Shown here piece after piece: positions 13,763 to 27,299 of a stretch of 64,000 nt of DNA (positions are counted from its first letter, which is position 1; each line of letters opens with the position of its first letter). Where the stretch lies: positions 95,790,001 to 95,854,000 of the forward strand of contig NC_043006.1 of assembly GCF_006345805.1 (NCBI RefSeq), read 5' to 3'. A program made the translations under genes and the position numbers. Below the pieces are notes generated by a model, which saw nothing but the letters and a program-made list of their open reading frames with translations, did no database searches and was not told where the DNA came from. Origin of the DNA: Octopus sinensis (taxonomy: Eukaryota).

Positions 13763-13847
13763 TCTTCTTCAGATGACAATCAGTCTGTCAGGTTCAGTAA
13801 CGTTCTCGATATTTCGAACGAAACTCTATATTCGGACTTTGGAATGG
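13763..13847 (+). CDS. Candidate isolated coding exon (SSSDDNQSVRFSNVLDISNETLYSDFGM), unassigned
   Basis: Acceptor ...tatgtctcag|, donor G|gtacgt, open frame, non-repetitive sequence; no recognisable homology. Confidence 0.25.
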
Positions 13848-15339
13848 GTACGTTCTTACCATTTTGCTCTTCCTGCCATTTATATTGCTATTAACAGTTG
13901 TTTTCGTATGTTTCGCTTGTTTCTTCAACAGTAACAGGTTAATAGCAACAGCATGTTCAGCTTAAATTCAAAATAATTTTAATCGTGTTTCATGACACCC
14001 GCATTTATTCAACAGAATCCATAGACCAGAAAAGTCCCAGAAATGCAGATTATTTGGGCGGGGTGGTCAACCGACAAAGTTTTTCAAAGGCTCTTGTGAA
14101 ACTTTATTATCGCATCTATTAACTTACTTTGGCAGAATAATCACTATTTTTTCTTCTATAAATTAGGTAAGGGTGATATAACAAACAAAGACTTTTAGGA
14201 TTGAAATGAGAAAGAATTTTTTCCCAACTTATGCCAATTTCTTTCAAGAATATTTTGAACACAAAGTCTCAAAAGTATTATAGCGAAATTTTTGGCACAA
14301 AAGTTTCAAGAGGAAGCGAAGCGGAAAGTACTTTTTGATGAGTTTCTAGAATGATTTTAAAACATTTCATGAAAACCTAAATAATGGCACTTTTAATATT
14401 ATTAATAGAACTGTCACCTTGCCAAATACGATGGTTTGTTGGTATACTGCCGCATTATTCTCGCAATAATATATGTTAAATTTCTTCCGGATGTTCCTGT
14501 AACATTATTTAGGATTAATAAGATCAAAACAGATTTGTTACCGAAACATAGAAATACGATGTTGATTCCTAGACGTGTATACTTTCTGATAACATACAAA
14601 ACATAATTATTAACAACCAATATATAGGTTTCAGGCAAAACAAATATAAAATAAAATCTCGACTTTTATTTCTGCGTATCGTCGTCATCGTCATCATTGA
14701 CTGTATTTCTTCGTTACCATGGTTGCTTCCAAAGTTTTTGTAATCAGATCATTCGTTATATTCATTCCGTTAGTGTGCAGCAAAAAGAAAATAGAACTTC
14801 AATTCCAATGGTATTTGCTGTCAAAGCCCCGATATATGTGAGTTTTGAGTTATGTCCAATTGCCGGAGGCCGCTCGTACTGCATTCAGTCTCGGTTTACA
14901 TGGCTGCTGTCTTTCTCTGTGTATAAGAGGAGAGATGACATGCCAAACCACGGATCTTGACCACCTGGAATTTGAACTTAGTTCTCAGCCGATTTTGAAC
15001 ACAGAACGGAAAAACCTGTAAGAAATAATGTAAAAGAAAAATTCTCACCAGATTTGCCAGCCGTTCTGCCAACGCAACTGTCGTTGACATTCAAACGATG
15101 AAATCCCAAATTCACGTCGGTAGGGACTGATTGGGCCACAATTTACTCAGTTGCAAAGGCGACCACATCTGCCGGCAGCATGGGTCTGCTTGAAGATATA
15201 AACTTAGAAAAGTTTAACTAATGTGAACATAAGTAATTTTCATAGACTTGGTATTACTTTATTTGTTCCCTTTCATAAATATTTGTGAGCGAGCGATTGC
15301 GTGTCTGCATCTTTTTTGTTTTTTAATATATTTCCTCTT

Positions 15340-16300
15340 ACTTGGTCTATAATTGCTAACTGTATTACCCTTGCTCTTATGTTTCATAATGAATATTGTC
15401 CTCTACTATTAATCATCCATTAAGGCAATCCTGAAGTGGTTCCCTCATCTTCTCATGTCAACCAATAAATTACTTTAGCCAGTACTCTTGAACTAAATCT
15501 AGTCCTGCACCCTTCCAATTCGGGATTTTTCTAACACTTTACTCATTCGGCTGCTTCTGACTCACTGTTTTTTCCCGCACTTTCTTTAACCATGCTGCAT
15601 CTCCATTTAGGATTGATTGGCTAATCCCAAATATTGCGCCAGAACTTTCTAGCTTCTTCTACATCCAATTTCTCCACTATTTATTTGGTTATAAAATCTC
15701 TTCTGTTCTGTCTCAAATAAACTATTCTGTTAATACTGATCTATTCTTTTCTAATATCTGGAAAGATTGCCTTCTACTGCTATGATACGTTGTTTCAACT
15801 CTTCTATTACTGTCCCAAACCATTTCTGTTTTACTAAGTGTCTTCTTTTTTAATCTGTTCTTGTGAGATATCTAATCTTCTGGCGACTACTGCCCCTCCT
15901 GCATAGATCAATAAGTGTCCCTTATATTTTAGTATCTATCCTACTGATAAGAGAATCTACTTTCCTAGTCATTTCTAGTAGCTTCCTTTTGAACGCTGGC
16001 AGAAATGTTCTTATTTCTTTTGAACGCTGGCAGAAATGTTCTTATTTCTTTATTCATTACTTCCTGCAACTCATCTAAAACCTTCTGATCTTCCTCACTT
16101 AAATCTCTTAAGTCGCTGCTGCCAGTTGTCCCTTCCTTATTGGTAGCGCTACTATTACTTTTTCGTTTACGTTCTTCTTTCGTTTGAACTGTATCACTTA
16201 TGTTGTTGTTTGTCTTTCCTACTGTTTGGTCTTTCTTTTCCAGTTCTCTTGTGATATCTTCTACCTCCATTCCTGTCATCCACTTTCTTAACCAAGTCAT
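15340..16300 (-). pseudogene. Degenerate R4-clade LINE, pre-RT N-terminal region
   Basis: Minus-strand fragments NSLFETEQKRFYNQIN, EEARKFWRNIWD, AAWLKKV, RKIPNWKGAGLD.VQEYWLK parallel the equivalent region of the 41496-44908 element. Confidence 0.75.
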
Positions 16301-16314
16301 CCACTTTCTTAACT

Positions 16315-16641
16315 ATTTATTCGACGTACTTTTCAAGTTTTTGCTCACTTTCCCAGGGCTCCGACAATTATTGGTACTACAACTACCTTTTTCAACAACC
16401 GTAACTGCTTAACTTCGCAAGCTAACCTGTCATATTTCTCGACTTTTCTTTCTTCCTTATCGCATAATTGTTGTCAGCTGGGCATGCAATATCTATGATC
16501 CAGCATTGTTTGTTTTCTTTCTCAGTTAAGACTATGGCTGGCTTCCTATTCTCCATCTCATGATCGCACTGAATCATAAAATCCCAAAAGATCTTTGCAT
16601 TTCTATTTTCGACGATGCATTCAGGTTTGAGGTCGTACCAA
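16315..16641 (-). pseudogene. R4-clade LINE restriction-like endonuclease (RLE) fragment
   Basis: WYDLKPECIVENRNAKIFWDFMIQCDHEMENRKPAIV...CWIIDIACP...EKYDRLACEVKQL...VVPIIVGALG. Confidence 0.85.
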
Positions 16642-16659
16642 TTATTATTATCATTATGA

Positions 16660-17193
16660 TTGAGTGAGAGAGCAGTTCATGCCATCAAAGTGACACTGGG
16701 ATAAAACATACGAAGCCTAGTATACCCATCATGACAACCTATCTGATAAGGGTACGCTAGGCACATGCATCACAACCATATGTGCGCGACATGGTAATCT
16801 CATATCAAGATAAACAGCACATAATCTTGCAGGTGGGGCCCTGTTAGAATTTTCTTCTTGTCGCGTAACCCACCCCGCTCAAAAGGTCCCTGAATAAGGG
16901 TTGTTTAAAGATGTTGAACGAAACATCCATGTTTCCAGAGGTGAATTAATCAAACCCCAAATAATCCCTCTTAACATATGGCTATGATGCTCCCACACTA
17001 CTTCTGCTCGTGATCAGAGATGCGCATATCGTCAGCCACTAAGGGACATGCTCAACTAGTTATGGTCAAACAACTGACAAGCAAATCTGTGGTATTGAGC
17101 AGAATATTTGCTGTGGCCCAATACCTAGACAAAGTAATGTACATGATAACACTTCCAATCAATTAAGATCAGAAGCCACGAGAGCCACTGCCT
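16660..17193 (-). mobile_element. Third copy of the ~560-bp (TAA)n-associated element
   Basis: Reverse complement of 10935-11492, again flanked by (TTA)n. Confidence 0.88.
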
Positions 17194-17200
17194 GTTAGTG

Positions 17201-17332
<132 letters not shown>

Positions 17333-17351
17333 TATTATATTATTATTATTA

Positions 17352-17383
<32 letters not shown>

Positions 17384-17738
17384 GTGCGTTTTCTTATATC
17401 TGTACATAGAGAAAGAGAGAGAGAGAGAAAGAGAGAGTTTCGAATTTCTCAGTTTTTACTTTCTCAATCCCCAACTTAACAGTAATTAATTTATTCTTTC
17501 AGTCATTTCTTTTGCTCTGATAAAACAGTATTTTATAATATTTTCGATTTACATTTAGCAGTTACATCCATTTAATGCACCCGAAACTACCTGCTTAGTT
17601 TTATATATTACTCTCAAACAAACGGCATTATTTATTTATATCTTACTCCAACTTCTATATTGTACCAATGGGCTTTTTTTATATATCTTGTAGATTTCTT
17701 TCCCATTTGAACATGTCTTCATTGCATTCATCGTATAT

Positions 17739-17800
<62 letters not shown>

Positions 17801-17845
17801 GTGTGTGTGTGTGCGTGCGTGTGTGTATTACTGCATATATATAAG

Positions 17846-17878
<33 letters not shown>

Positions 17879-17960
17879 GATATTTTTATTTTATATATAT
17901 GTATATGTATGTATATGTATAAATATATATGTATGTATATATATATATATATATTATATA

Positions 17961-18004
<44 letters not shown>

Positions 18005-18230
18005 ATGTATATGTATCTATGTGTGTAACTATACATGCAGCATTTTGCAGTTCGGTTGTCGGAGATGGTCTTAATATGATTAAAAATGCAAACTATTCTT
18101 CAAATCTGTGTGAATGACAATAATGTGAAAAAAGGAAAATACGCTTTCGTATTTATATATTTACTATTATATTTATGTTATTCTTTCCATATTGAGAATT
18201 TACTAAATGAATGTAAAATATATATCTAGA

Positions 18231-19021
18231 CAAGCTTAAGGTGACCCGCTCTACGCGCGGGTAAGAGTGTGGTTGTTACTTTCTGTTGCTTGCATTCTGT
18301 TTTTTATCGCCACATTCTCCCTTTTGTTTCTCTCTCCTTTCTCTCTCACTTTCCCACTCTCTTACTCTACCTTTCTCTCGGACTCTCCCTCGCTTTCTCT
18401 TACTCTCTATCGTTCTCTATCTATCTATCTCCCATTTATAAACAACAAAAGATCTTGAGTAAGTTGAGAAATAATATATTTTGAAAGATCAATCATAAAT
18501 ATCAGGCAGTGACAACGGAAAGGTCTGCTTTAAGGCAGACAGCAAAACACTAACATTTAAAAGGAACAGACGGACTTGCGAGCTGAATAAAAAAAAAATA
18601 TTGGAAGCCAAATTTTGAAGGAATAGAATCTGAGGATATTAGAATCACCATGGCTGGAATTTCTTAACGACAGACAGCAACGTAGAGGCAGTTTAACGGC
18701 AGGCGTAAAATTTTGAACTTGATGTAAAAGAAAATTCCTAAACACCAAGTTTTGAAGTGATTCTTTCTCACGACAGTAGACTCACCCGCTCCTGTAAATT
18801 TTAATCCCCTTCCAGCCCAATTTAGACCCCGTTTCACATTTTGGTTAAAATATCCCGATTTCATTCAGGTCTACTCGGGCCACATTTTATAAGATGATGA
18901 GGAATTTTCTCCTAGAGGTCACGCCTTTCATTTAAGGAAAAAAATAGTTGACATGCAATCTCGCCAGCATTTTTAACATATGTCTGCATATTTTCAACTC
19001 AACCGACCACATAATGCACAC

Positions 19022-19077
<56 letters not shown>

Positions 19078-19132
19078 GTGTGTGTGTGTGTGTGTGTTTG
19101 TGTGTGTATGCATTATATATACAAATGTATAC

Positions 19133-19186
<54 letters not shown>

Positions 19187-19702
19187 CAGATATATGCACT
19201 TTGTATATATACATTATATATACATATTTATATATAACACACACACATATTATATATATATATTAACCCAATAAATATCTGATTCATAATATTTGTTCTC
19301 ATGATTGTGTGATGGTTTCTGGCGATAATAATTCTCTCTATGAATGAAGACAGACGTAGAGAGAGAGAGGATGTGGTAGAAAGATTGAAGGCGGCGGGGG
19401 AAAGATAGTAGACGTTGTCGAACGACGTTATAGAAAGAAAGTGAAAGGAAGGGAGGAAAGAGTGAGTCACGGAGGAAGACAGGCAGATAAGTGAATGAGA
19501 GAAGACTTGTCAAAGTGTGCGTTTTTTGCCCTAGTAACCACACCTTTAAAGATAAGGATTTCTAAGCTAGCCCACTCACATTCTCACCACATTTTACATG
19601 TCCCTGTAAATTCTGGAGTCAATCCGACGGGATCTAGTGGCCTTTAAAGCGTTCCAATGCCAAAACCATACAAACAAACTTTTCGCTTTTCAGATTTATA
19701 GA
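18231..19702 (-). mobile_element. Non-autonomous Helitron, copy A
   Basis: Minus strand starts TC, subterminal hairpin cccgcgcgtagagcggg, 3' end CTTG (mutated CTAG), A|T insertion context; homologous to copy B. Confidence 0.8.
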
Positions 19703-19708
19703 TATTGA

Positions 19709-20799
19709 CTAGTTTACGGTGACTCGCTCTACGCGCGGGTAAGAGTGTGGTTGTTACTTTCTGTTGCTTCCATTCTGTCTTTTATCACCACATTCTCCAT
19801 CTTTGTTTCTCTCTCCCTTCTTTCTCACTTTCTCACTGTATTACTCTTCCTTTCTCTGTAGACAGTAGACTCACCATGACAAGCATTCAAAACTTCTTCA
19901 TCATGGACGGCAACACATTGAAGATTAAAAGGCTGGCGCAAATTTTTTAGCTTGATGTAACAGAGGATTCCTAAACACCAACTCCTGTAAATTTTAATCC
20001 CCTTCCAGCCCCATTCAGACCCCTTTTAACATTTTGGTTAATATAACCCGATTTCATTCTGGCCTACTGGGGCCACATTTTATAAGATGAGGAATTTTGT
20101 CCTAGAGGTCACGCCTTTCATTTGAGGAAAAATAGTTGTCATGCAAACTCGCCAGCACTGTTAACATAGGTGTTAATTCATATTTATAATTTTTTAAATA
20201 TATATAACTCTCAAAAATTATTAAAAAGTGTAATATACATAAATACAGATATATACACTTTGTATATATACATTATATATACACATTTATATATAGAACA
20301 CGCACACACACATATATAAATTAACCCAATAAATATCTGATTCATAATATTTGTTCTCATGATTGTGTGGTTGTGGTGGCGATGATGATTCTCTCTATGA
20401 ATGCAGACAGACGTAGAGAGAGAGTGTGTGAAAGCCTTGTTGAAGGCGGGGGATATAGAACGCTGTGAAACGACGTTATAAAGAGAAAGTAAAGGGAGGT
20501 AGACGCTGTGAAACAAACGTTATAGATAGAACGTGATGGGAAGGGAGGAGGGAGAGTGAGTGATGGAGGAAGACAGATACATAAAAGAATGAGAGTAGAC
20601 TTGTCAAAGTGCGTTTTTGGCCCTAGCAACGACATCATTTAAGATGGGGATTTCTAACATAGCCTACTCGCATTCTCACCTCATTTTACATGTCCCTGTA
20701 AATTTTGGAGTCAATCCGACGGGATCTAGTGGTCTTTAACCCGTTCTCAATGCCAAAACCAGACAAACAAACAAACTTTCCGCATTTATAATATAGAGA
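19709..20799 (-). mobile_element. Non-autonomous Helitron, copy B
   Basis: Minus strand A|TCTCTATATTATAAATGCG ... hairpin ... CTAG|T; no TSD. Confidence 0.88.
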
Positions 20800-20842
20800 T
20801 TCATAGTGTTTAGAAGCCGTATTTTATGTAATACACTACGAT

Positions 20843-21510
20843 TGACTCTGTGGTTAACAAGCTCGCTCTAGAACCCAGTGGCTGGGTGTTCAGTCCCATT
20901 GTGCGGTATTTTGGGTAAGTGTCATTTGTTGTAACTCACCCTGTGAAAGATAATTTGGTAGTTGGAAACTGTGTTTCAGCCCATCTTTTTTGTGTAAGCG
21001 TGTGCATGTGTGTATATGTGTGTGTGAGTGTGTGTCGCTGTGTGCTTGTATGTGTATATGCATGTATGTGTGTATGTGTGTGTATGCATGTGTGTGTATG
21101 CATGTTTGCGCGTATGTCTTTGTGTATGCGTTTATCCAACACCTTTTTCTTTACTACCCACAAGGGGCCAAACACAGAGGGGACAAACAAGGACAGACAA
21201 ACGGATTAAGTCGATTACATCGACCCCAGTGCGTAGCTGGTACTTAATTTATCGACACCGAAAGGATGAAAGGCAAAGTCGACCTCGGAGGAATTTGAAC
21301 TCAGAACGTAACGGCGGGTATCCAACACCACCATTTGACAATTGGAGTTGGTTTCTTTACATCTCCGTCATTGCGGCTCGGCAAATGAAAGCGATACACT
21401 AAGTACCAGATTTGAAATTAGTACTGCAGTCGATTTTTTTTACTAAACCATTCAACGCAGTGCTCCAGCATTGCCGCAATTCGATGTCTGAAACAGTAAG
21501 AATGATAGAA
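20843..21510 (+). mobile_element. Diverged CORE-like SINE interrupted by a Meta-like SINE
   Basis: Head gttcagtcccattgtgcgg...ttgggtaagtgtc; tail gtgctccagcattgccgc...ctgaaac. Confidence 0.7.
21144..21318 (-). mobile_element. 5'-truncated Meta-like SINE with 11-bp TSD
   Basis: aaaggatgaaaggcaaagtcgacctcgg core; TSD tatccaacacc at 21133-21143 and 21319-21329. Confidence 0.88.
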
Positions 21511-22289
21511 ACAACAGGTTTTTTTCTTAATACTGTTGTGTGGCCGCCTGTTGGTTAGTGTATTCGGCTCAAGTTAATAGGATCACAGCTTCATTGTCAG
21601 AACCGGAGTGAAAATGTGTTTCATGCATTAACCAAGAACTACTATCGTTTCATCAGTGAGGGAGGAACAGCAGAGAAAAAAAACTGTCCTGAAGGTGACC
21701 CGAACACCTACACTGACCCGAGCAGGTTGAATATTTAATAGGATACCTAAGAATTACATGTCAATTTTAAACCAATCGATCATCACAGAACTCAGAACTC
21801 AAAGAGCGGGAAGTGCCCCGTACTTTCACGTACCGTTTTAGGCTCATGTTTGCGAGCAGAAATACATAAAAATTGGTAAAAGTTATGGTTGAAAATAGGG
21901 TGTAGCCAGTTTTATAGGAAAATCCTCTAATATATCCTGATTAAATGGAAAACCCCATAAGGAATCAGTTTATTGATTTTTCACCAGAAATAGGACTTAA
22001 CCGAAGACAATATTGCTGATACAAAAAGATCTATATTTATACTTTAAAGTTGGTTTTCACACCCAACCCAGTTCTACAGACTCAGTGTCGCGACGGGAGC
22101 GCATGGGTTGGGAGTTTGATCGGCAGAGGTGATCGGATTGCACATGCCAGCCCTTTGAAAATACCAACTTCATTATCTAACTCCCCTTTGTCTATGGGTT
22201 GGGAACCCTGCCAGCAAGAAAAATAGAATGCCCAAAAGGGCTCCCGTTTCTCTGTGTCAGCAGCGGTTTTGTCCAGATCACAACTAAGT

Positions 22290-23460
22290 CTTAATTTCTA
22301 AAGGAACAAAAGTACCCCTCTAGCTTAATCGACACAGCAATCATCAAAGAAAAAACATTGAAACCACGACCCACAGAGGAAAACAAAGACGCAAAATTAA
22401 AAATAAAAATGAACACATATGCATTCCTTTTGTCTTCAGCTACAACCCAAGAAATCACGACACCACCCAATCTTTCAACATTCATAAAGAATGAACCAAT
22501 GAATAACAAACTCAAATATACTTTATAGCAGACGACAATTACTCAACATAAGAAGAAACTCTTAAACCCAAGCAAAATTTACAACCAGAGAAACAAGAAA
22601 GAGAGTTTTTAAAATGTGGTGGTTCTCGTTGTGGAACGTGTGACTACACTGAAGAGGAAGTACAACTTACTTTAAAAAAAACAGTGACACTTTCAAAAGT
22701 AAATGCAAATATGAATTGCAAATCCAGGAATTTAATCTACTGTGCCACATGTCCCGAATTCAATGGACACTACATTGATGAAAGGAGGATCAGATGGTGA
22801 ACCGACAGAACAACCATTACGTTGCCGTGTCTCCAAAAAGTGTGCCGAGAGTGATAAAAATCAAATATCCTATCAACATCATGGTGCTTGGAGTGATCAC
22901 TAGTAATGGTGACATTATGTCTCCATTCCTCTTCCCACTGATCCATGACCTCTCCGTTTGAAACAGAATCTGTAGCGAACATTTTGAAAAATGTAGAAAA
23001 AGAAAATTCAAAATAGCCGCATTCTTCAAACTATGGACATAAAATGAAGATTTTTTAAGGACAAGGAAGAATATTTTATTCGAAAATATCAGCCAAAACT
23101 GAACAAATATAATACCACAACCACCAGAACTACATCCCAACAATCCACAGAAAGACATCGACCAAATACTACCTGAATAAGGGAGAGTACGTATCAATTG
23201 AATAGAATTGAACTAGTTTCTGCTCACGAACTGTGACCATGCTAGGGCAACACCATTTGATTTTACATATATTGTATTTCGCTAAAACTTTTTTCTTAGA
23301 ACTTGACATTCGATGCATGAGAGAATATGACACCACTGCATTCTCTTGCACTTCTTGCTGTGATGTTAAATAAATCTGGGACCCTTGAGAATAAGGGATC
23401 TAATCCTGACTTTTGATGACACTTATATCCACCTGATATGAGTATACACTCTCTTTTGTA
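22290..23460 (+). mobile_element. Penelope-like element remnant (RT thumb end, Cys linker, GIY-YIG endonuclease, 3' non-coding region)
   Basis: FLKEQKYPSSLIDTAI; KCGGSRCGTC; NCKSRNLIYCATCP...HYIDE; SEHFEKC...KEEYFIRKYQPKLNKY*; decayed hammerhead-like motif at ~23413-23450. Confidence 0.82.
22788..22937 (+). pseudogene. Tc1/mariner-superfamily (probably maT/DD37D-like) transposase fragment inside the GIY-YIG domain
   Basis: Open 50-aa DQMVNRQNNHYVAVSPKSVPRVIKIKYPINIMVLGVITSNGDIMSPFLFP resembles the N.QN.R...K.P..VMV.G segment after the first catalytic Asp. Confidence 0.7.
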
Positions 23461-23496
23461 CTATCTTATATACGCATGTGGAAATATCTACAGGTG

Positions 23497-23533
<37 letters not shown>

Positions 23534-24092
23534 CTATGTATGTATGTGTGTGTGTGTGTGTGTGCAGGTATGTTAGTATGTATATTTACATATATAGGGC
23601 CCGAAACCAGGACTGGTCTAGTAGTCCCGTCCATAGGAGATGGTAGGAGTTCGCTCTCTTGCTCTCAATTTTATCGGATGAAGCTGAGTATCGTTAACCA
23701 ACTCGAGGAGATGCCCTCTTGGGGTTACAAAATCGCAGCAGAGTCCGCTCGAACGGACATCTATAGCAAAGCCATGTTCAAAGTTGTCATGTTATATGGA
23801 TTATACGAGGGAGGAGTGATTGTCTGTATGTCGCTACGTGTGTCGTTTGCTCATTTCTATTAATTTATTTGACTCCATTACAACGTTATCACATCATGAA
23901 ATTCTATTTAATAGACTTAAAGAGGTGATACGCCAATGCTATGCATCTTTTCTGCTGTTTACTTAAGACTGTGCCAATATTCATAAACGTGGCATGACAA
24001 GGTATTCAGACATCTACATGGAAGCATACACGTAAACATTCGTACGTGAATATATGCAAGTAGCTATACAGATATACATTCGCACAAAGAGT

Positions 24093-24171
<79 letters not shown>

Positions 24172-24500
24172 CGTGTGTGTGAGCGTGTGTGTGTGCGCTT
24201 GTGTGTACGTGTATGTAGGTATATATGTCTATACATACATACACACACATATATATGTATATGCAGACGTACATACCTCCATCCAAACATCCATCGTAAT
24301 ACATATATACATGCACACATGCATGCATATATATAATATCCCCCATATATACATGTGTATATGTATATATATTGACGAATGCATGCTTCTTCATATTTAT
24401 GCATACGTAGATGCATATAGATATTTGTATATATTCATCTTATACTTATATAACCATAACTATACATAATCTGTGTTCATGTCTATTTATGTATATAAAC

Positions 24501-24549
<49 letters not shown>

Positions 24550-26054
24550 TCTCTGAGACTTGAAGTCTCGCTCTATAAGCTTGTGTAGACGTGGTGCGTG
24601 TATCTCTGATTAAATACCTAATAGCAAAATGAATATTTAAAAAAAAACCATAAACAACCAGATATGTATAAATCCGTACATTTTTATTTAAAAGCAATTT
24701 TCAGAACTTTCGATTTAAATTGCTTTGCTAAAATTTTCTTCTCATTCTGTCGATGAGGTGAAAACGACTTCCGGTATGACACATCCGCCTTAGAGAAAAA
24801 GAAGAAAAAAATTGATAATTTGCGTGGTCGAAATAATTATGTATAAAGTTTATTGTGTTTTTGTTATGTTTTGAGTCGCTTAATTTGATTTATTTTGTGT
24901 ATTTGTTTGTTGCCTTTGTAAATATATTGTTTAATAATTTTATACAACTGATACAATTTAGAAAGCGTACGCAGTAGAGAGAAAAAAGGAAAGAAAGAAA
25001 GAACGAGTGTGAGAGAGAAAGAAAGAAAAAGAACGAGTTAGATAGAAGGAATAAAAGAAAGAAATTAACAGGAAAATAATGATGGATAATAAAGTGTAGA
25101 TAATGAAATATGTGTATGTATATATACATAGATGTGTGTGCGTGTGCGTGGGGTATGTGTGAAGCACATACTGGTATATCTTTCTATATCTCTGTCTTTC
25201 TATGTCTGTCTCTCTCTCCTCACTTCATCCCTCCTCCTTCCCTCTCTTTGTACACGCATACACACATAATATGAACATGTTTATGTGCGTATTTATATTT
25301 ATTTATACACACACACAAATATATATATATATATTTCTACCATATAATATATATTTATGTATATATACACACAGGTATATATAGATATGAATACAACCAT
25401 ATATACATATATATATATATATATATACATATATATATGTTACATATATATATATACACATACATGTACGTATATATATATATATATATATATATATTCA
25501 CATACTTGTGTGTATGTATATATGTATATATATAAATACGTAACTATATAGGTACATACATACATACATACATACATAATGAGAAGAAATGAAAGATCTA
25601 AGAGATCAAATGAAGAAACGAAAGTATAAAAAACAAAAGAAAACTTCATAACAAACGATGTCGATGATGATGACGCCGATGAAACATCAAACAAAATAGA
25701 GAAAAAGAAAGAAAGAAGGAATGAAGGAAAGAAAGAAGGCCAGAAACGAAGAAACAAGCAAATGAAGATGGAATCTGCTTAACGAAGCAACACTTCCTGA
25801 TTATGGACATTATAAAATTGTAATATTTTAACAACAGCTTTAATCACTTCCGTTCTTTCATCATCGACATCACGTGATTAAGTATAGCAACAACGTAAAT
25901 AACAAACAACCAGAACAAATATAAAAAGAACAATAATAACATCATCAACAACAATGGCAGCAAGCATCTTGATCAAAAAAATATTATTACACACTCAAGA
26001 AAGACCAAGATCAACGTCGACAACAATATGAATGCCGCTATTTATTTACAACAC

Positions 26055-26067
26055 CATTATCATCATC

Positions 26068-26111
<44 letters not shown>

Positions 26112-26463
26112 AATCTTCATCATCATCATCATCTTCATCATCATCATCATCTTCATCATCATCGTCATCTTCATCATCATCATCATCATCATCTTCATCA
26201 TCATCATCATCTTCATCATCATCATCATCTTCATGATCATCTTCATCTTCATCATCATCATCATCATCATCATCTTCATCATCATCATCTTCATCATCAT
26301 CATCTTCATCTTCATCATCATCATCATCATCATCATCATTATCATCATCACCATCATTATCATCATCATCATCATCTTCATCATCATGATCATCATCATC
26401 ATCATCTTCATCATCATCATCACCATCATCATCATTATCATCATCACCATCATTATCATCATC

Positions 26464-26495
<32 letters not shown>

Positions 26496-26503
26496 CATCA
26501 TCT
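26055..26503. repeat. (CAT)n microsatellite with CTT interruptions
   Basis: Seen directly. Confidence 0.95.
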
Positions 26504-26766
26504 TATTACAACGACTTTAGAGAGAATAACAACAACGACATAACCGTTATAGTAACAAGAACTGTAACACAGTCGACAAAAAAACTATCAGTAACCACAA
26601 CAGCAACAGCAACAAGATCAACTGCAACACGAAACTATTCATGGCAACACCATCAAAACACAACAACGCCGAGAAAACTTTTGTTTCAATATTAGACAAC
26701 AAACACTACCACCACCACTGCTAAAACCATTATTGCTGCTGATGCTGCTACCACCACTACTACTTA

Positions 26767-26767
<1 letters not shown>

Positions 26768-26806
<39 letters not shown>

Positions 26807-26879
26807 TAATAACAATAATAATAATAATAATGACAATGATAATGATATTAATAATAATAATAATAATGGTAATAATAAC

Positions 26880-26913
<34 letters not shown>

Positions 26914-26961
26914 TTAATAATAATAATAAATATAGTAATAATAATAATAATAATAATACAT

Positions 26962-26992
<31 letters not shown>

Positions 26993-27014
26993 TATTAAAA
27001 ATAATAATAATAAT

Positions 27015-27086
<72 letters not shown>

Positions 27087-27089
27087 AAT

Positions 27090-27120
<31 letters not shown>

Positions 27121-27139
27121 TAATAATAATAATAATAAC

Positions 27140-27170
<31 letters not shown>

Positions 27171-27268
27171 TTAATAATAATAATAATAATGGTAATAATA
27201 GCAATAATAATAATAATAATAAATATAGTAATAATAATAATAATAATACATATAGTAATAATAATAAC

Positions 27269-27299
<31 letters not shown>

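Noticed and set aside
26028-26543. Histidine-rich 171-aa ORF
   Set aside because: Pure (CAT)n tract open in several frames, with no signal peptide or unique flanking coding sequence
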